The position numbers and the translations under genes are program-made. This document shows positions 11,063 to 21,182 of a stretch of 64,000 nt of DNA, one piece after another. The notes under the pieces are model-generated. The model ran no database searches. It was not told where the DNA came from and saw nothing but the letters and a program-made list of their open reading frames with translations. Numbering within the stretch: the first letter of the stretch is position 1; each line of letters opens with the position of its first letter. Source of the DNA: an uncultured Bacteroidota bacterium (GTDB lineage: Bacteria; Bacteroidota; Bacteroidia; Chitinophagales; Chitinophagaceae); contig CAWHOR010000053.1 in assembly GCA_963830845.1 (NCBI GenBank), positions 4,108 through 68,107 of the forward strand, in the 5' to 3' direction.

Positions 11063-11440
11063 ATGAATTTTCCAGAGAATCTCCGTTACACAAAAGACCA
11101 TGAATGGATCAGCTTAGAAGGCAATATTGCCACAATTGGTATTACCGATTTCGCACAGCGGGAGTTGGGCGATATTGTGTATGTAGACATTAATACCGTT
11201 GGCAAATCGCTGAACGCAGAAGAAATATTTGGCACCGTTGAAGCAGTGAAAACAGTAAGTGATTTGTTTTTACCTGTTGCAGGCACCATTGCAGAAGTAA
11301 ACAGTGGATTGAACGACAAACCGGAAACAGTTAACAACGATCCATACGGCGAAGGCTGGATGGTGAAAGTAACGGTGAACGACCCTGCTGATGTTGCAAA
11401 ATTGATGGATGCAGCAGCCTATGGTGCGTTAGTGGCCTAA
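11063..11440 (+). CDS. gcvH: Glycine cleavage system H protein
   Basis: [31 protein letters not shown] (lipoyl Lys), DPYGEGW. Confidence 0.97.
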   Translation: MNFPENLRYTKDHEWISLEGNIATIGITDFAQRELGDIVYVDINTVGKSLNAEEIFGTVEAVKTVSDLFLPVAGTIAEVNSGLNDKPETVNNDPYGEGWMVKVTVNDPADVAKLMDAAAYGALVA

Positions 11441-11832
11441 TGAAAAAAAAGATTCAACAATATCTTTCTACGAAATGGCCGGCCATTATTTGGTCGGTCA
11501 TTATTTTTTTATTGCTGGTGATGCCTCCCATCAACCTTAGTACTAAAGAACCGCTTACATTTTCAGGTCTTGATAAAGCGATTCATTTTTTTCTTTTTGG
11601 AATGATGGCTTGGCTATGGGGTTATTATCAACTCCAATTCATTTCCCCAGGCAGTTTTTTCATTAGAAAACTTGTGATGATTGTAATTGTTGCAACCTTG
11701 TATGGTATTGTCATGGAATATGTGCAGGGCTGGGTTGGTCGTGATTTTGATGTGTGGGATATGGTAGCCGATGCAGCAGGTGCTGTAGCAGCAGGAAGTT
11801 GGTTGTTCATACAAAAAAGAAGGCCCTGGTAG
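11440..11832 (+). CDS. VanZ-family membrane protein
   Basis: DKAIHFFLF, EYVQ...GRDFDVWDMVAD. Confidence 0.85.
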   Translation: MKKKIQQYLSTKWPAIIWSVIIFLLLVMPPINLSTKEPLTFSGLDKAIHFFLFGMMAWLWGYYQLQFISPGSFFIRKLVMIVIVATLYGIVMEYVQGWVGRDFDVWDMVADAAGAVAAGSWLFIQKRRPW

Positions 11833-11890
11833 AAACCGGGGCCGAAACCAAAACTAACTGCTTATGAGAAAAATTTAAATTCAGATTTGT
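11813..11890 (-). ncRNA. Candidate small RNA, copy 1 of tandem pair
   Basis: Minus strand: TTTTCTCATAAGCAGTTAGTTTTGGTT core followed by hairpin GGCCCCGGT-TTCT-ACCAGGGCC and a T-tract. 5' end approximate. Confidence 0.55.
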
Positions 11891-11961
11891 TATACAAAGT
11901 TCGGTCAATCTATCCCTCGAAACTGTCACTTCCTTGTTAATATTTCCTGAAACGTTTTGTT

Positions 11962-12045
11962 TTTAAAACGGGTCCCGGTAGAAACCGGGACCGTTAACCA
12001 AAACTAACTGCTTATGAGAAAATTGACTGCTTTTAAATGAACTTC
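11962..12045 (-). ncRNA. Candidate small RNA, copy 2 of tandem pair
   Basis: Same 27-nt core (11996-12022) followed by hairpin ACGGTCCCGGT-TTCT-ACCGGGACCCGT and Ts; sigma54-like box just upstream. Confidence 0.55.
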
Positions 12046-12056
12046 ACTACTATGAC

Positions 12057-12072
12057 GCAAAAGCGATTCCAA
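12057..12072 (-). promoter_or_regulatory. Sigma54-type -24/-12 promoter candidate
   Basis: TTGGAATCGCTTTTGC has GG-N10-GC spacing (consensus TGGCAC-N5-TTGC). Confidence 0.5.
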
Positions 12073-12246
12073 AGTTTGCTCTGCTTTTGTTAAAAAATCC
12101 TAAAAGAGTTTTTTGCTATCATTTGATCTATGCCTACTGTTCCGAAAACCATGCCAAGCTGCTAGTAGTATATACGAAGAGCCTCCAATTTGGGTTGCCA
12201 ATCGAAAACAAAACACCCTGTTGGTGAGTAATTCTGAAACAGTTGC

Positions 12247-12834
12247 TTAGCGACCAAATAGCCCTTTAACAATATCCATCATTCCACCTCCCCCACCTCG
12301 CTGTTGCTGCTCGGCTGCACCTCCCTTTACCATACTGATAATATCATTCAAGTCTGTATCGCCATCTCCATCCCGATCCAAACCTCCCTGTGTAACACGA
12401 CCAAGTAATCCCTGCAGATCAAGCCCTCCGGTTTTACCTCCGGTAAGTGAACTGAAAATTCCTTGCAGATCTATGCTGTTATCAGATGGGTCATTTGTTT
12501 TAGAAATAAGTTTTTGCAACACCCCTGGCAAAAGATTGCTCACCACATTCCCCGCCTGACCCTGATTGAGATTGAATTTATTCATCAATGATTCAATTGC
12601 ATTGCCGGAAAGCTGATTTGCTAATGGATTGCTTTGTAAATCACCTCCCTTGCCACCAAGTAAACTCAGCACATCTTTAAACTGGCCCCCAGCCAATGCC
12701 TGTTGCAATCCACCTGCGATATTATTTGTTACATCTGCTACGGCTTCATCGTTACGTTCATTAGGAATATCAGGATTTTGTATAATCGCAGCGCCTGCTT
12801 GTTCTTTTACCATGTTGATCAATTGTTCCAGCAT
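12247..12834 (-). CDS. DUF937-like Gly-rich hypothetical protein
   Basis: Gly/Leu-rich helical repeats, DRDGDGDTDLND EF-hand-like loop, ends KGLFGR. Confidence 0.7.
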   Translation of the reverse strand: MLEQLINMVKEQAGAAIIQNPDIPNERNDEAVADVTNNIAGGLQQALAGGQFKDVLSLLGGKGGDLQSNPLANQLSGNAIESLMNKFNLNQGQAGNVVSNLLPGVLQKLISKTNDPSDNSIDLQGIFSSLTGGKTGGLDLQGLLGRVTQGGLDRDGDGDTDLNDIISMVKGGAAEQQQRGGGGGMMDIVKGLFGR

Positions 12835-13043
12835 AATTATAAGTTTATTTGTTTAAGAAGTTTAAGTTAAATGAAATAAAAATTATATGCAAGTAAAGCA
12901 GATGAATTCTATATTTTTTATTTAATGAGCAGCACTAAATAACTTATTGCGATGTATTTGCAAAAAGCCCTCTCCCTACTGAAAAAATTAAAAAAAATCC
13001 TGAATAAACGCAGCAAAGCGTTGATGAACTTTGCTTTTTTCTG

Positions 13044-14105
13044 CTATTGTAATGTAAGTTTTTCTGCATTCTCAGCAAACTGCAATGCATCAATCAACTC
13101 ATCAATTTCGCCGTTGAGAACAGCGTCTAAGTTATATAGTGTAAGACCAATGCGATGATCAGTAACGCGGCCCTGCGGATAATTATAGGTCCGGATCTTC
13201 GCACTACGATCGCCCGTGCTTACCAAACTTTTTCGTTGTCTGGAAATTTCTTCTTCGTGTTTACGCACCTGTTCTTCGTACAAACGAGTACGCATCATCT
13301 GCATTGCCTTTTCACGGTTGCCCAGCTGTGTACGTTCTGTTTGACAAATTACCACAGTACCTGTTGGTATATGCGTAAGCATTACTTTGGTTTCAACTTT
13401 ATTTACGTTTTGTCCACCGGCACCACCACTGCGGGAAGTCTCCATTTTTACATCGCTTTCCCGTAATTCAAAATCAACCTCTTCAGCTTCGGGCATTACA
13501 GCAACTGTTGCTGCGCTGGTATGTACACGACCACTTGTTTCGGTGGCAGGCACTCGTTGTACACGGTGTACACCACTTTCAAATTTCATAATACCGTACA
13601 CATCATCTCCAATTACTTCTAATTGTACTTCTTTATAACCACCCACTGTTCCTTCGCTCTCACTCAATATGGTTGTTTTCCATCCACGACGTTCACAATA
13701 CTTGGTGTACATCCGTAATAAATCACCTGCAAACAAGCTGGCCTCATCGCCACCGGTTCCGGCACGTATTTCAAGAATCGCATTTTTATCATCCTGCGGA
13801 TCTTTCGGAATCAGCAACTGACGAATGTACTTTTCCAATTCCTCTTTCTTTTCTTCTACTGAAGGCAACTCTTCTTTTGCCATTTCACGCAACTCCTCAT
13901 CGCCACCGTTCAGTGCATCCCGATAGCTTTTTACATCATCAAGTGCAGCGAGGTACTCCTTACGTGCATGAACAATTTTTTCAAGACTGCGGTACTCTTT
14001 ACTTAATGCAGAAAACTTCTGGTTGTTACCAACGATTTCGGGGTTGGTGAGAGCCACGCCTACTTCATCAAATCTTGCCTGTATTGCTTCTAACTTATCT
14101 AGCAT
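13044..14105 (-). CDS. prfA: Peptide chain release factor 1
   Basis: GGQ motif ([11 protein letters not shown]), PAT tripeptide (RVPATE), [16 protein letters not shown]. Confidence 0.97.
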   Translation of the reverse strand: MLDKLEAIQARFDEVGVALTNPEIVGNNQKFSALSKEYRSLEKIVHARKEYLAALDDVKSYRDALNGGDEELREMAKEELPSVEEKKEELEKYIRQLLIPKDPQDDKNAILEIRAGTGGDEASLFAGDLLRMYTKYCERRGWKTTILSESEGTVGGYKEVQLEVIGDDVYGIMKFESGVHRVQRVPATETSGRVHTSAATVAVMPEAEEVDFELRESDVKMETSRSGGAGGQNVNKVETKVMLTHIPTGTVVICQTERTQLGNREKAMQMMRTRLYEEQVRKHEEEISRQRKSLVSTGDRSAKIRTYNYPQGRVTDHRIGLTLYNLDAVLNGEIDELIDALQFAENAEKLTLQ

Positions 14106-14175
14106 AAATCAATTGGTTCCTGAAGGGGATTTGTTTCGCCTTAAATTTGAGCGGCAAATTTAAATGAATTAACGC

Positions 14176-15351
14176 ATGCAATACAGGAAATTCAGAGCAG
14201 ACCGTTTGTTTGATGGATATAAGTTCAGAGAAACTGAAGATATTTTGATCACTGATGAAGCAGGTATTGTGCAGGGTATCGTTGCAATTGCGGATGCAGG
14301 TGACGACATTCAACAACTAAGCGGGATACTTTCACCCGGTTTAATCAATTGCCATTGCCACCTTGAATTGAGCCATTTAAAAAATGTAATTCCACCGCAT
14401 ACTGGTCTGATCAATTTTCTTTGTTCAGTTGTAACCAAGCGAGGTTTTGATCCCGCCATTATTCAACAGGAAATTGAAAAGGCTGAAGAAGAAATGTATA
14501 ACAGCGGTATTGTTGCGGTGGGTGATATTGGTAACACAGCTGACACCGCTTTGATAAAAAGTAAAAGCAATATCCGTTGGCAAAATTTTGTAGAAGTATT
14601 AGGTTTCTATGATACCAACGCAGAGGCAACTATGGAGCAATACAGAAAAGTTGCAAATGAATTGGAAGATTCACTTCGTAAGTCTCATATTGCACATCGT
14701 ACCTCACTTGTTCCGCATGCACCTTACAGTGTGTCGGCCAAAACATTTCAATTCATTAATGACGCAACAGCCGGTCAAATTATTTCCATCCATAATCAGG
14801 AAAATCCTGCTGAAGATGAGTTGTACAAAACAAGTGGTGGCGATTTTCTAAAACTGTTCAATGTTTTTGGGATTGAAACATCTCCTTTCACTGTTACCGG
14901 CAAAAGCAGTATCCGCTCCTATCTTCCTTATTTCAACAATGGTCAAACAATTTTTCTTGTTCACAACACATTCATGCCGGAAGAAGATATCAGTTGGGCA
15001 AATGCATATGCAACAACAAATGGCCTGAAGCTCGTTTACTGTTTATGCCCCAATGCAAATCTGTACATCGAAAACAAAACAGCACCTGCTGAACTTTTTC
15101 TGCAACACAACTGCCATCTTGTACTTGGTACAGATAGTTACAGCAGCAATTGGCAACTGAGCATCACTAAAGAAATACAAGCTTTGTTACAACACACTTC
15201 AGTTACAACAGAACAGGCATTGCGAATGGCAACTCTCAACGGAGCAAAAGCATTGCAATGGGATGATGCATTGGGAAGTTTTGAAAATGGAAAACAACCG
15301 GGTGTTGTTTTATTGGATAATGATTTCAGTACTTCAAAGAGGATCTTGTAA
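14176..15351 (+). CDS. Amidohydrolase family protein
   Basis: PGLINCHCHLELS, PHAPYS, LVHNT, LGTDS metal-binding motifs. Confidence 0.9.
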   Translation: MQYRKFRADRLFDGYKFRETEDILITDEAGIVQGIVAIADAGDDIQQLSGILSPGLINCHCHLELSHLKNVIPPHTGLINFLCSVVTKRGFDPAIIQQEIEKAEEEMYNSGIVAVGDIGNTADTALIKSKSNIRWQNFVEVLGFYDTNAEATMEQYRKVANELEDSLRKSHIAHRTSLVPHAPYSVSAKTFQFINDATAGQIISIHNQENPAEDELYKTSGGDFLKLFNVFGIETSPFTVTGKSSIRSYLPYFNNGQTIFLVHNTFMPEEDISWANAYATTNGLKLVYCLCPNANLYIENKTAPAELFLQHNCHLVLGTDSYSSNWQLSITKEIQALLQHTSVTTEQALRMATLNGAKALQWDDALGSFENGKQPGVVLLDNDFSTSKRIL

Positions 15352-15365
15352 AACCTCACCCATCA

Positions 15366-16124
15366 TCACGGCTCCATGATTTGCTGCAACACCTGTAACG
15401 TTTTCATTTTACCAAACTCCGGCAGATGCAACATGTAATACGTTTCCATTGCTTCCAATAGCTCACGGCGTTGCAAATGATTCATCGGTATTTCATTTAG
15501 CTCATGTGGCTGCATGGCTTTTAATAACTCGCTGATAAGTGATGCCGGTTGCCCTTCGATATAATATACATGTTGCGGATAAGTTGCTACAAAATTCCCC
15601 TCCTGCAAATCAAGAATTGTACAGTTCGTCGCATCTTCGGTATTCATTTGAAAGCCGAAGAAGTTGGTAAGATGTAATGAAAAATACAAAGGAAAATTAG
15701 CCGTTACTCTTGCATCAGCTTTATCTAACTCCAGCAATGATTCTTCTACAAAATAAAACAGATCAGGATTGTTCTCGGGTTGCTTCACACATTTTTGCAA
15801 CAGCTCCATCATGTACAACAGTACACTGTTCTTCATTACATCAGCAAACAATTCTTCATACAAAAAACTCCACTTGAATTCTTTGATGCGCTGCAGATTT
15901 TTGAGATCATGATGATAAACGATGAGCTCAAGAACTGCACCCGGCTGAAAATAATTCGCCTTACCTGCTCCTTTCTTACTTGCCTTTCGAACACCTTGTA
16001 CAATATAACTCTGCAATCCGTAAAGCTCAGTATAAGCTGCAACAATCAAACTTGTTTCACCATACTTTACAGTACGGAGTATAACGGCTTTTGTTTTATG
16101 TAATACTTCACTCAACAGCAACAA
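15366..16124 (-). CDS. recO: DNA repair protein RecO
   Basis: KAVILRTVKYGETSLIV...YTELYGLQSY; adjacent to porZ as is common in Bacteroidota. Confidence 0.92.
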   Translation of the reverse strand: MLLLSEVLHKTKAVILRTVKYGETSLIVAAYTELYGLQSYIVQGVRKASKKGAGKANYFQPGAVLELIVYHHDLKNLQRIKEFKWSFLYEELFADVMKNSVLLYMMELLQKCVKQPENNPDLFYFVEESLLELDKADARVTANFPLYFSLHLTNFFGFQMNTEDATNCTILDLQEGNFVATYPQHVYYIEGQPASLISELLKAMQPHELNEIPMNHLQRRELLEAMETYYMLHLPEFGKMKTLQVLQQIMEP

Positions 16125-16126
16125 GA

Positions 16127-18427
16127 TTATTTGATGAATACAATTTTACCCACTTGTTTCTCGGTTCCAAATTCATCTTTTGCCAACACAAGATACACGC
16201 CGCTTGATACACGTTGATTCCTGTAATCCCTTCCATTCCAAACAGCTTGTCCTCCTAACGATCTTGTTTGAAAAACCAACCGTCCGTTTAACTCAACAAT
16301 TTTTACAATTGAATTTTCGGGTAATCCACGCATACCAATTGTTCCGCTATAACCCGGCGGAACCGGACTTGGAAACACGATCACTTTGTCCGGATTTTCA
16401 CTTGCTTCGGTTGCCCCGCCTCGATAGCTGCAAATACCATTGAAGGTGGAGAAATATACTTCGCCTGTTTTTGGATCGATTGCGATGCGAATTATTTCAT
16501 TGCTCAGCAAAGGGCTGTTCTCAGCTGTAAAACGTTCCAATACTTTTTCACCATCAGCACTGATCAGCCAAACGCCATTTCGTGTACCTACCCATTTGCG
16601 ATTGGCTGCGTCAACTGCTAATGCACGCACATCTTCATTCTCAAATAAAAATCCTGCAAAATTATCCTGCTGTACAACGGGTTGAAATGCTTCACAGCCG
16701 TTGGTTGTAAACACATCGCCCGGGCATTGAATAATGGCAATTCCTTTATCGGTTCCAAACCAGATAAAGCCATCCTTATCTTTCACCATACAGTTTACTG
16801 CATTGCTTGGTAAGTTTCCATTCCCTCTTCCTGCCTGCAACCATTTCCATCTGTCATCCCCTGTATTATCAATCGATGCGCCATGATTGTAACAAAACAC
16901 ACCATTCCCCTGTGGCACCTGTATCCATTTTTGATCTGCATCATCGATCAACACAGCACCCACCATATTATCCTGAATTAAAAAAGGCACACGAAACGAA
17001 CGCCAGTTGCCATCGGCTTTCTTAACCAAAAAATTATTGCTGCCGCCAAAATTGCTGATCCATAAATTATTCTCTCTATCAAACGCCATCCCTCCAACAC
17101 GGTAATTATTGGGATCTCCAATTGCTACATTCAATGGTGAATTCTGTTTGTACACTTTAAACTGTGTGGCATTTGTAAATTCAATCAATCCACCTCCAAA
17201 CGAACCTGCATAGATCACATCATTTCGTGGATCAACCGCAATACTGATAATATCGAAGATGGTATCCATCCATGGAAGAGTGAAGCGATTATAATCTTTC
17301 CATTCGTTGTTGCTGAAAGTAAAAAAACCCGAGCCGTTGAATTGATAATTCCATGCATCGTTAATGCTGCCACCGGCAACATACAATGTGTTTTTATAAA
17401 ACAGCATCTCTCCATCCAAACGACCGTAGGGAGAATTGATCGCATATCGTTCAAATACATTTGTCTCCGCTTTCACCAATCCCTTTTCAAAATCGGCGAT
17501 CCATATTTCGTTACCACTTTTTACTGCATGCATTGGATAGCGTAGTTCAGCATTGTTTTGAATAACTGCTGTTATTGTACCGCTTGTGTTCAGCACCACT
17601 ACACGTCGTTCAATCCAGCCAAAACGTTCTTCACTAATAAGCAATGAACCATCGCTTGTATTAACTGTTTCCCAACGCCAGTCATCATTATAGATCAATT
17701 GCCAGGATGTTCCATTGAATGAATAAAGACGATTGAATATTCTTGCAACAACGGTGTTCTGCACAACAAAAACCTGTTGAACAGCACCAGCGGGTAAACC
17801 ATTTGTACCGCTGGCCAAACTCCAGTTTCTGTAGTCGTTTAAATTTGCAACTGTTTGATTCGCTATTTTCAAACCCTCGTCGGTTGCAGCAAAAAATTGA
17901 GTAGAAGTTGCAGCAAACCCATTCACTTTTACATTACTTCCATTGTTGCCGATAATATATGTATTGCTGATCTCGTACTTCTGCAGGTCAACTACAATTA
18001 CACCAAGTCCACTACTGAGATAGGCGTTGTTGCCCGCAAAAAAAATATCATAAATTGTTTTATCGCCAGTTGCAGTACTTCGTTCAATGTCCGGAATATT
18101 GATCACATCATTCCGATACAGCACATCCAGATTACTGTTGTTGTAAGCGATGAGTAATTTATTTGTTGCTGTATTGTAATTAAGTGTACGCACACCTACA
18201 TCACTCAAACCGCTCACTTTACTTAATCTTGAAATTTCACCGTCGGTGCGATTTACTACATAAGCACCAAAGCTGGTAGCAACAAACACATGCCCGTCAG
18301 ACAAGGCTACACGTTTCCCTTCCCGGTAATCCATGTGCTCACGCCATTGCCCAACAGGTGCAAGTTGTGCACTGGTATTACAAAAAAAGATCAACTGCAA
18401 AAACAAAAAACAAATCAGGTAGCGCAT
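16127..18427 (-). CDS. porZ: T9SS component PorZ (beta-propeller + C-terminal sorting domain)
   Basis: GQWREH N-terminus, propeller repeats (DAANRKWVGT, ENSPLLSN), CTD 'WNGRDYRNQRVSSGVYLV...KIVFIK'. Confidence 0.82.
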   Translation of the reverse strand: MRYLICFLFLQLIFFCNTSAQLAPVGQWREHMDYREGKRVALSDGHVFVATSFGAYVVNRTDGEISRLSKVSGLSDVGVRTLNYNTATNKLLIAYNNSNLDVLYRNDVINIPDIERSTATGDKTIYDIFFAGNNAYLSSGLGVIVVDLQKYEISNTYIIGNNGSNVKVNGFAATSTQFFAATDEGLKIANQTVANLNDYRNWSLASGTNGLPAGAVQQVFVVQNTVVARIFNRLYSFNGTSWQLIYNDDWRWETVNTSDGSLLISEERFGWIERRVVVLNTSGTITAVIQNNAELRYPMHAVKSGNEIWIADFEKGLVKAETNVFERYAINSPYGRLDGEMLFYKNTLYVAGGSINDAWNYQFNGSGFFTFSNNEWKDYNRFTLPWMDTIFDIISIAVDPRNDVIYAGSFGGGLIEFTNATQFKVYKQNSPLNVAIGDPNNYRVGGMAFDRENNLWISNFGGSNNFLVKKADGNWRSFRVPFLIQDNMVGAVLIDDADQKWIQVPQGNGVFCYNHGASIDNTGDDRWKWLQAGRGNGNLPSNAVNCMVKDKDGFIWFGTDKGIAIIQCPGDVFTTNGCEAFQPVVQQDNFAGFLFENEDVRALAVDAANRKWVGTRNGVWLISADGEKVLERFTAENSPLLSNEIIRIAIDPKTGEVYFSTFNGICSYRGGATEASENPDKVIVFPSPVPPGYSGTIGMRGLPENSIVKIVELNGRLVFQTRSLGGQAVWNGRDYRNQRVSSGVYLVLAKDEFGTEKQVGKIVFIK

Positions 18428-18615
18428 GCGTGTTCAAATTTAGTTGCTTTTCCATCAAGCCGCATAAATCTCCAAACAGCTTTGGCAATGAGATTGCAGG
18501 AAACCTTTCCTGCATGCGGAAAACATGGGAAATACGTAAAAGTTTTATGCGCCTGTTCAGCAGGAATGGCGTTTCTTTGCGCTGTTTTCGTTCAACAAAA
18601 TCGTATCAGAAACGC

Positions 18616-21019
18616 ATGTGGTATAATCTGGGTAAATGGGTGTTGCGTAACAGGCTTCCGTTAATTATTGCCGTTCTTCTTTCAACAGCCGTGATGACAT
18701 ATTTCGCCTCCAAAGTGGAGCGCAGTTATGATTTTGCAAAGGCTATTCCGGTTGATCATCCGAAATTCCTGGAATACGAAGCGTTTAAACAGAAATTTGG
18801 CGAAGATGGCAGTTTGCTTGTAATTGGCTTTGAGCAAAAGGATATGTTCAAGCTTGCTTTTTTCCAAACATTTGTTGAACTACAGCAACAAATCAAAAAG
18901 GTTACAGGTGTTGAAGATGTATTGAGCGTTAGTGCTGCGGTGAACCTTGTAAAAGACTCCGTTACAGAAAAACTGCGTACCACAACTGTTTTTCCGGAAA
19001 ATATTCAATCGCAGGCGGTACTTGATAGTTGTAAAGATGTGTTGCTGAATCTTCCATTTTACAAAGGCTTGTTCTACAATTATGATGCAGGTGTTTATAT
19101 GCTTGCTGTACGGTTGAACAGAGATGTACTTAACTCCAAAAAAAGACAAACTTCGGTTGACGCCATTGTAAAACTGGTTCGTCAATTTGAAGCAAAACAA
19201 AAACTGGAAATGCACCTGAGCGGATTGCCGCACGTACGTACGGAGATGAGTACTCGGATTGCAGCCGAAATGCAGTTTTTTCTGCTGGGTTCTGTTTTGT
19301 TATCGGCATTGATTCTATTGGTATTTTTCCGCTCATTCAGTGCAATGTGGCTTGAGCATGGTGGTTGTAATAATTGGTGTTATCTGGAGTCTTGCCACCA
19401 TGGTGTTCTTTGGTTACAAAATCACCATCCTGAATGCACTGATCCCGCCGCTGATGGTTGTGATCGGCATCCCCAACTGCGTTTATTTTCTCAACAAGTT
19501 TCATACAGAGTATAAGAAAACCGGCGATAAACATCTTTCATTGGTCAACATGATGGGCCGCATGGGAATTGTAACGCTGTTTTGCAACATTGCCGCTGCC
19601 ATAGGTTTTGCTGTATTTGCATTAACCAAAAGCCAGATACTCCGTGAATTTGGAATTGTGGCAGGTATCAATATCATGGTGTTGTTTGTGATCTCGTTCA
19701 TCCTGATACCGATAGTATTGAGTTATTTACCTGCACCGAAGCAACGGCATGTGCGTTATCTGGAAAATGAGCGGTTGAACCGAAGTATTATTCGAATTGA
19801 AAACTGGGTATTCAACCATCCAAAATACATCTACACTGCTACTGCACTTATTGTAATTGTTTCCCTGATGGGTGTAGTACGTTTAAAAAGTGTTGGATAC
19901 ATAGTTGACGATCTTCCTAAGAATGATAAATTGTATGTTGATCTGAAGTTTTTTGAACAGCATTTTTCAGGGGTGATGCCACTCGAAATTGTAGTGGACA
20001 CCAAACGAAAGCAAGGGGTTACACGGAGCATTCCCAATCTTACAAAAATCGATTCGCTTGTTTATTATTTGGAAGGACGCCCGGAGATCGGAAAAGCACT
20101 GGCTGTAACGGAAGGATTAAAGTTTGCCCGACAAGCTTATTACGATAACGACAGTAACATGTACGCTGTGCCAAATGAATTTGATCTTGCATTTCTCGCT
20201 CCGTATCTCCGTATGAAGGCCGACAGCAACAGCAAGAGCAACAACTTTGTAAAACTGGTAGCCAACTTTGTAGACAGTACGCAGCAAAAAGCAAGGATCA
20301 GTGTAAACATGGCGGATGTTGGAAGCGACAGTTTACCGAAAATATTAGCAGCAGTACAACAGAAAGCTGAAGAGCTGTTTAACAGCGATAGTATAGAATA
20401 TGCTGCTTTGCTAAACAGCGGTTCTATTGCAGCAGCGGATATTGATTCGTCAAAACTTCAACGTTCAGCAAATATTCAGTTAACAGGTACCAGTATCATT
20501 TTTGTTGAAGGAAGCCGTTTTATTATTAATGGTTTAAAGGAAAGTATTTTCTGGGCATTCCTCTTAATTGCATTGTGCATGTTGTATTTATTCCGCTCTT
20601 TCCGTATTTTATTTTGCTCACTTATACCCAACATCGTTCCATTAGTGATTACTGCCGGAGTTATGGGCTGGGTTGGCATTCCGCTGAAACCAAGTACGGT
20701 GTTGGTTTTCAGTGTAGCACTTGGTATTGCCATTGATGTTACGATACGTTTCTTGATTAACTACAAGCAGGAGCTACCGTTACATCAGCATAATGTTGAA
20801 GAAACCGTAAAACAAACCATCCGTCAAACCGGTATCAGCATCATCTACACTTCACTTGTGTTAGTTGCAGGATTTATAATTTTTTGTTTGTCTGATTTTG
20901 GAGGTACACAAGCTCTCGGCTGGCTCACCTCTCTTACATTGTTGGTTGCTATGGTCACAAACCTGGTTTTATTGCCGGTTTTATTGATCACAACCAGTAA
21001 AAAACAGACAAAAAAATAG
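18616..21019 (+). CDS. MMPL/RND family transporter (frameshift near 19352)
   Basis: Two ORFs (18358-19515, 19340-21019) join to one RND protein; FGEDGS, IGIPNC, LGIAIDVTI motifs. Confidence 0.88.
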
Positions 21020-21182
21020 GGTTGTTTTCCTTATTTCATTATTATTTAATAGACAAGCAACAAAACTGTTAAAAATGTTGTCATTTTACTATCTTGTCGC
21101 CCCGAAAAACGCCTGCACTGACCGTTTAACCTTGTTTTTAACTTGAAATCGTAATTTTTAATTTTTAACTAAACACAGAAGT

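Noticed and set aside
11846-12022. 27-bp direct repeat as a mini CRISPR array
   Set aside because: Only two copies, 123 nt apart, each tied to a terminator-like hairpin; no cas genes.
11864-12040. Plus-strand micro-ORFs MRKI* and MRKLTAFK* in the repeats
   Set aside because: Not conserved in length between copies, and hairpin/T-tract polarity favours minus-strand RNAs; cannot be fully excluded.
18358-18615. Long N-terminal extension of the MMPL ORF
   Set aside because: Overlaps the porZ start and divergent promoter region; ATG at 18616 (MWYNLGK) fits the family.
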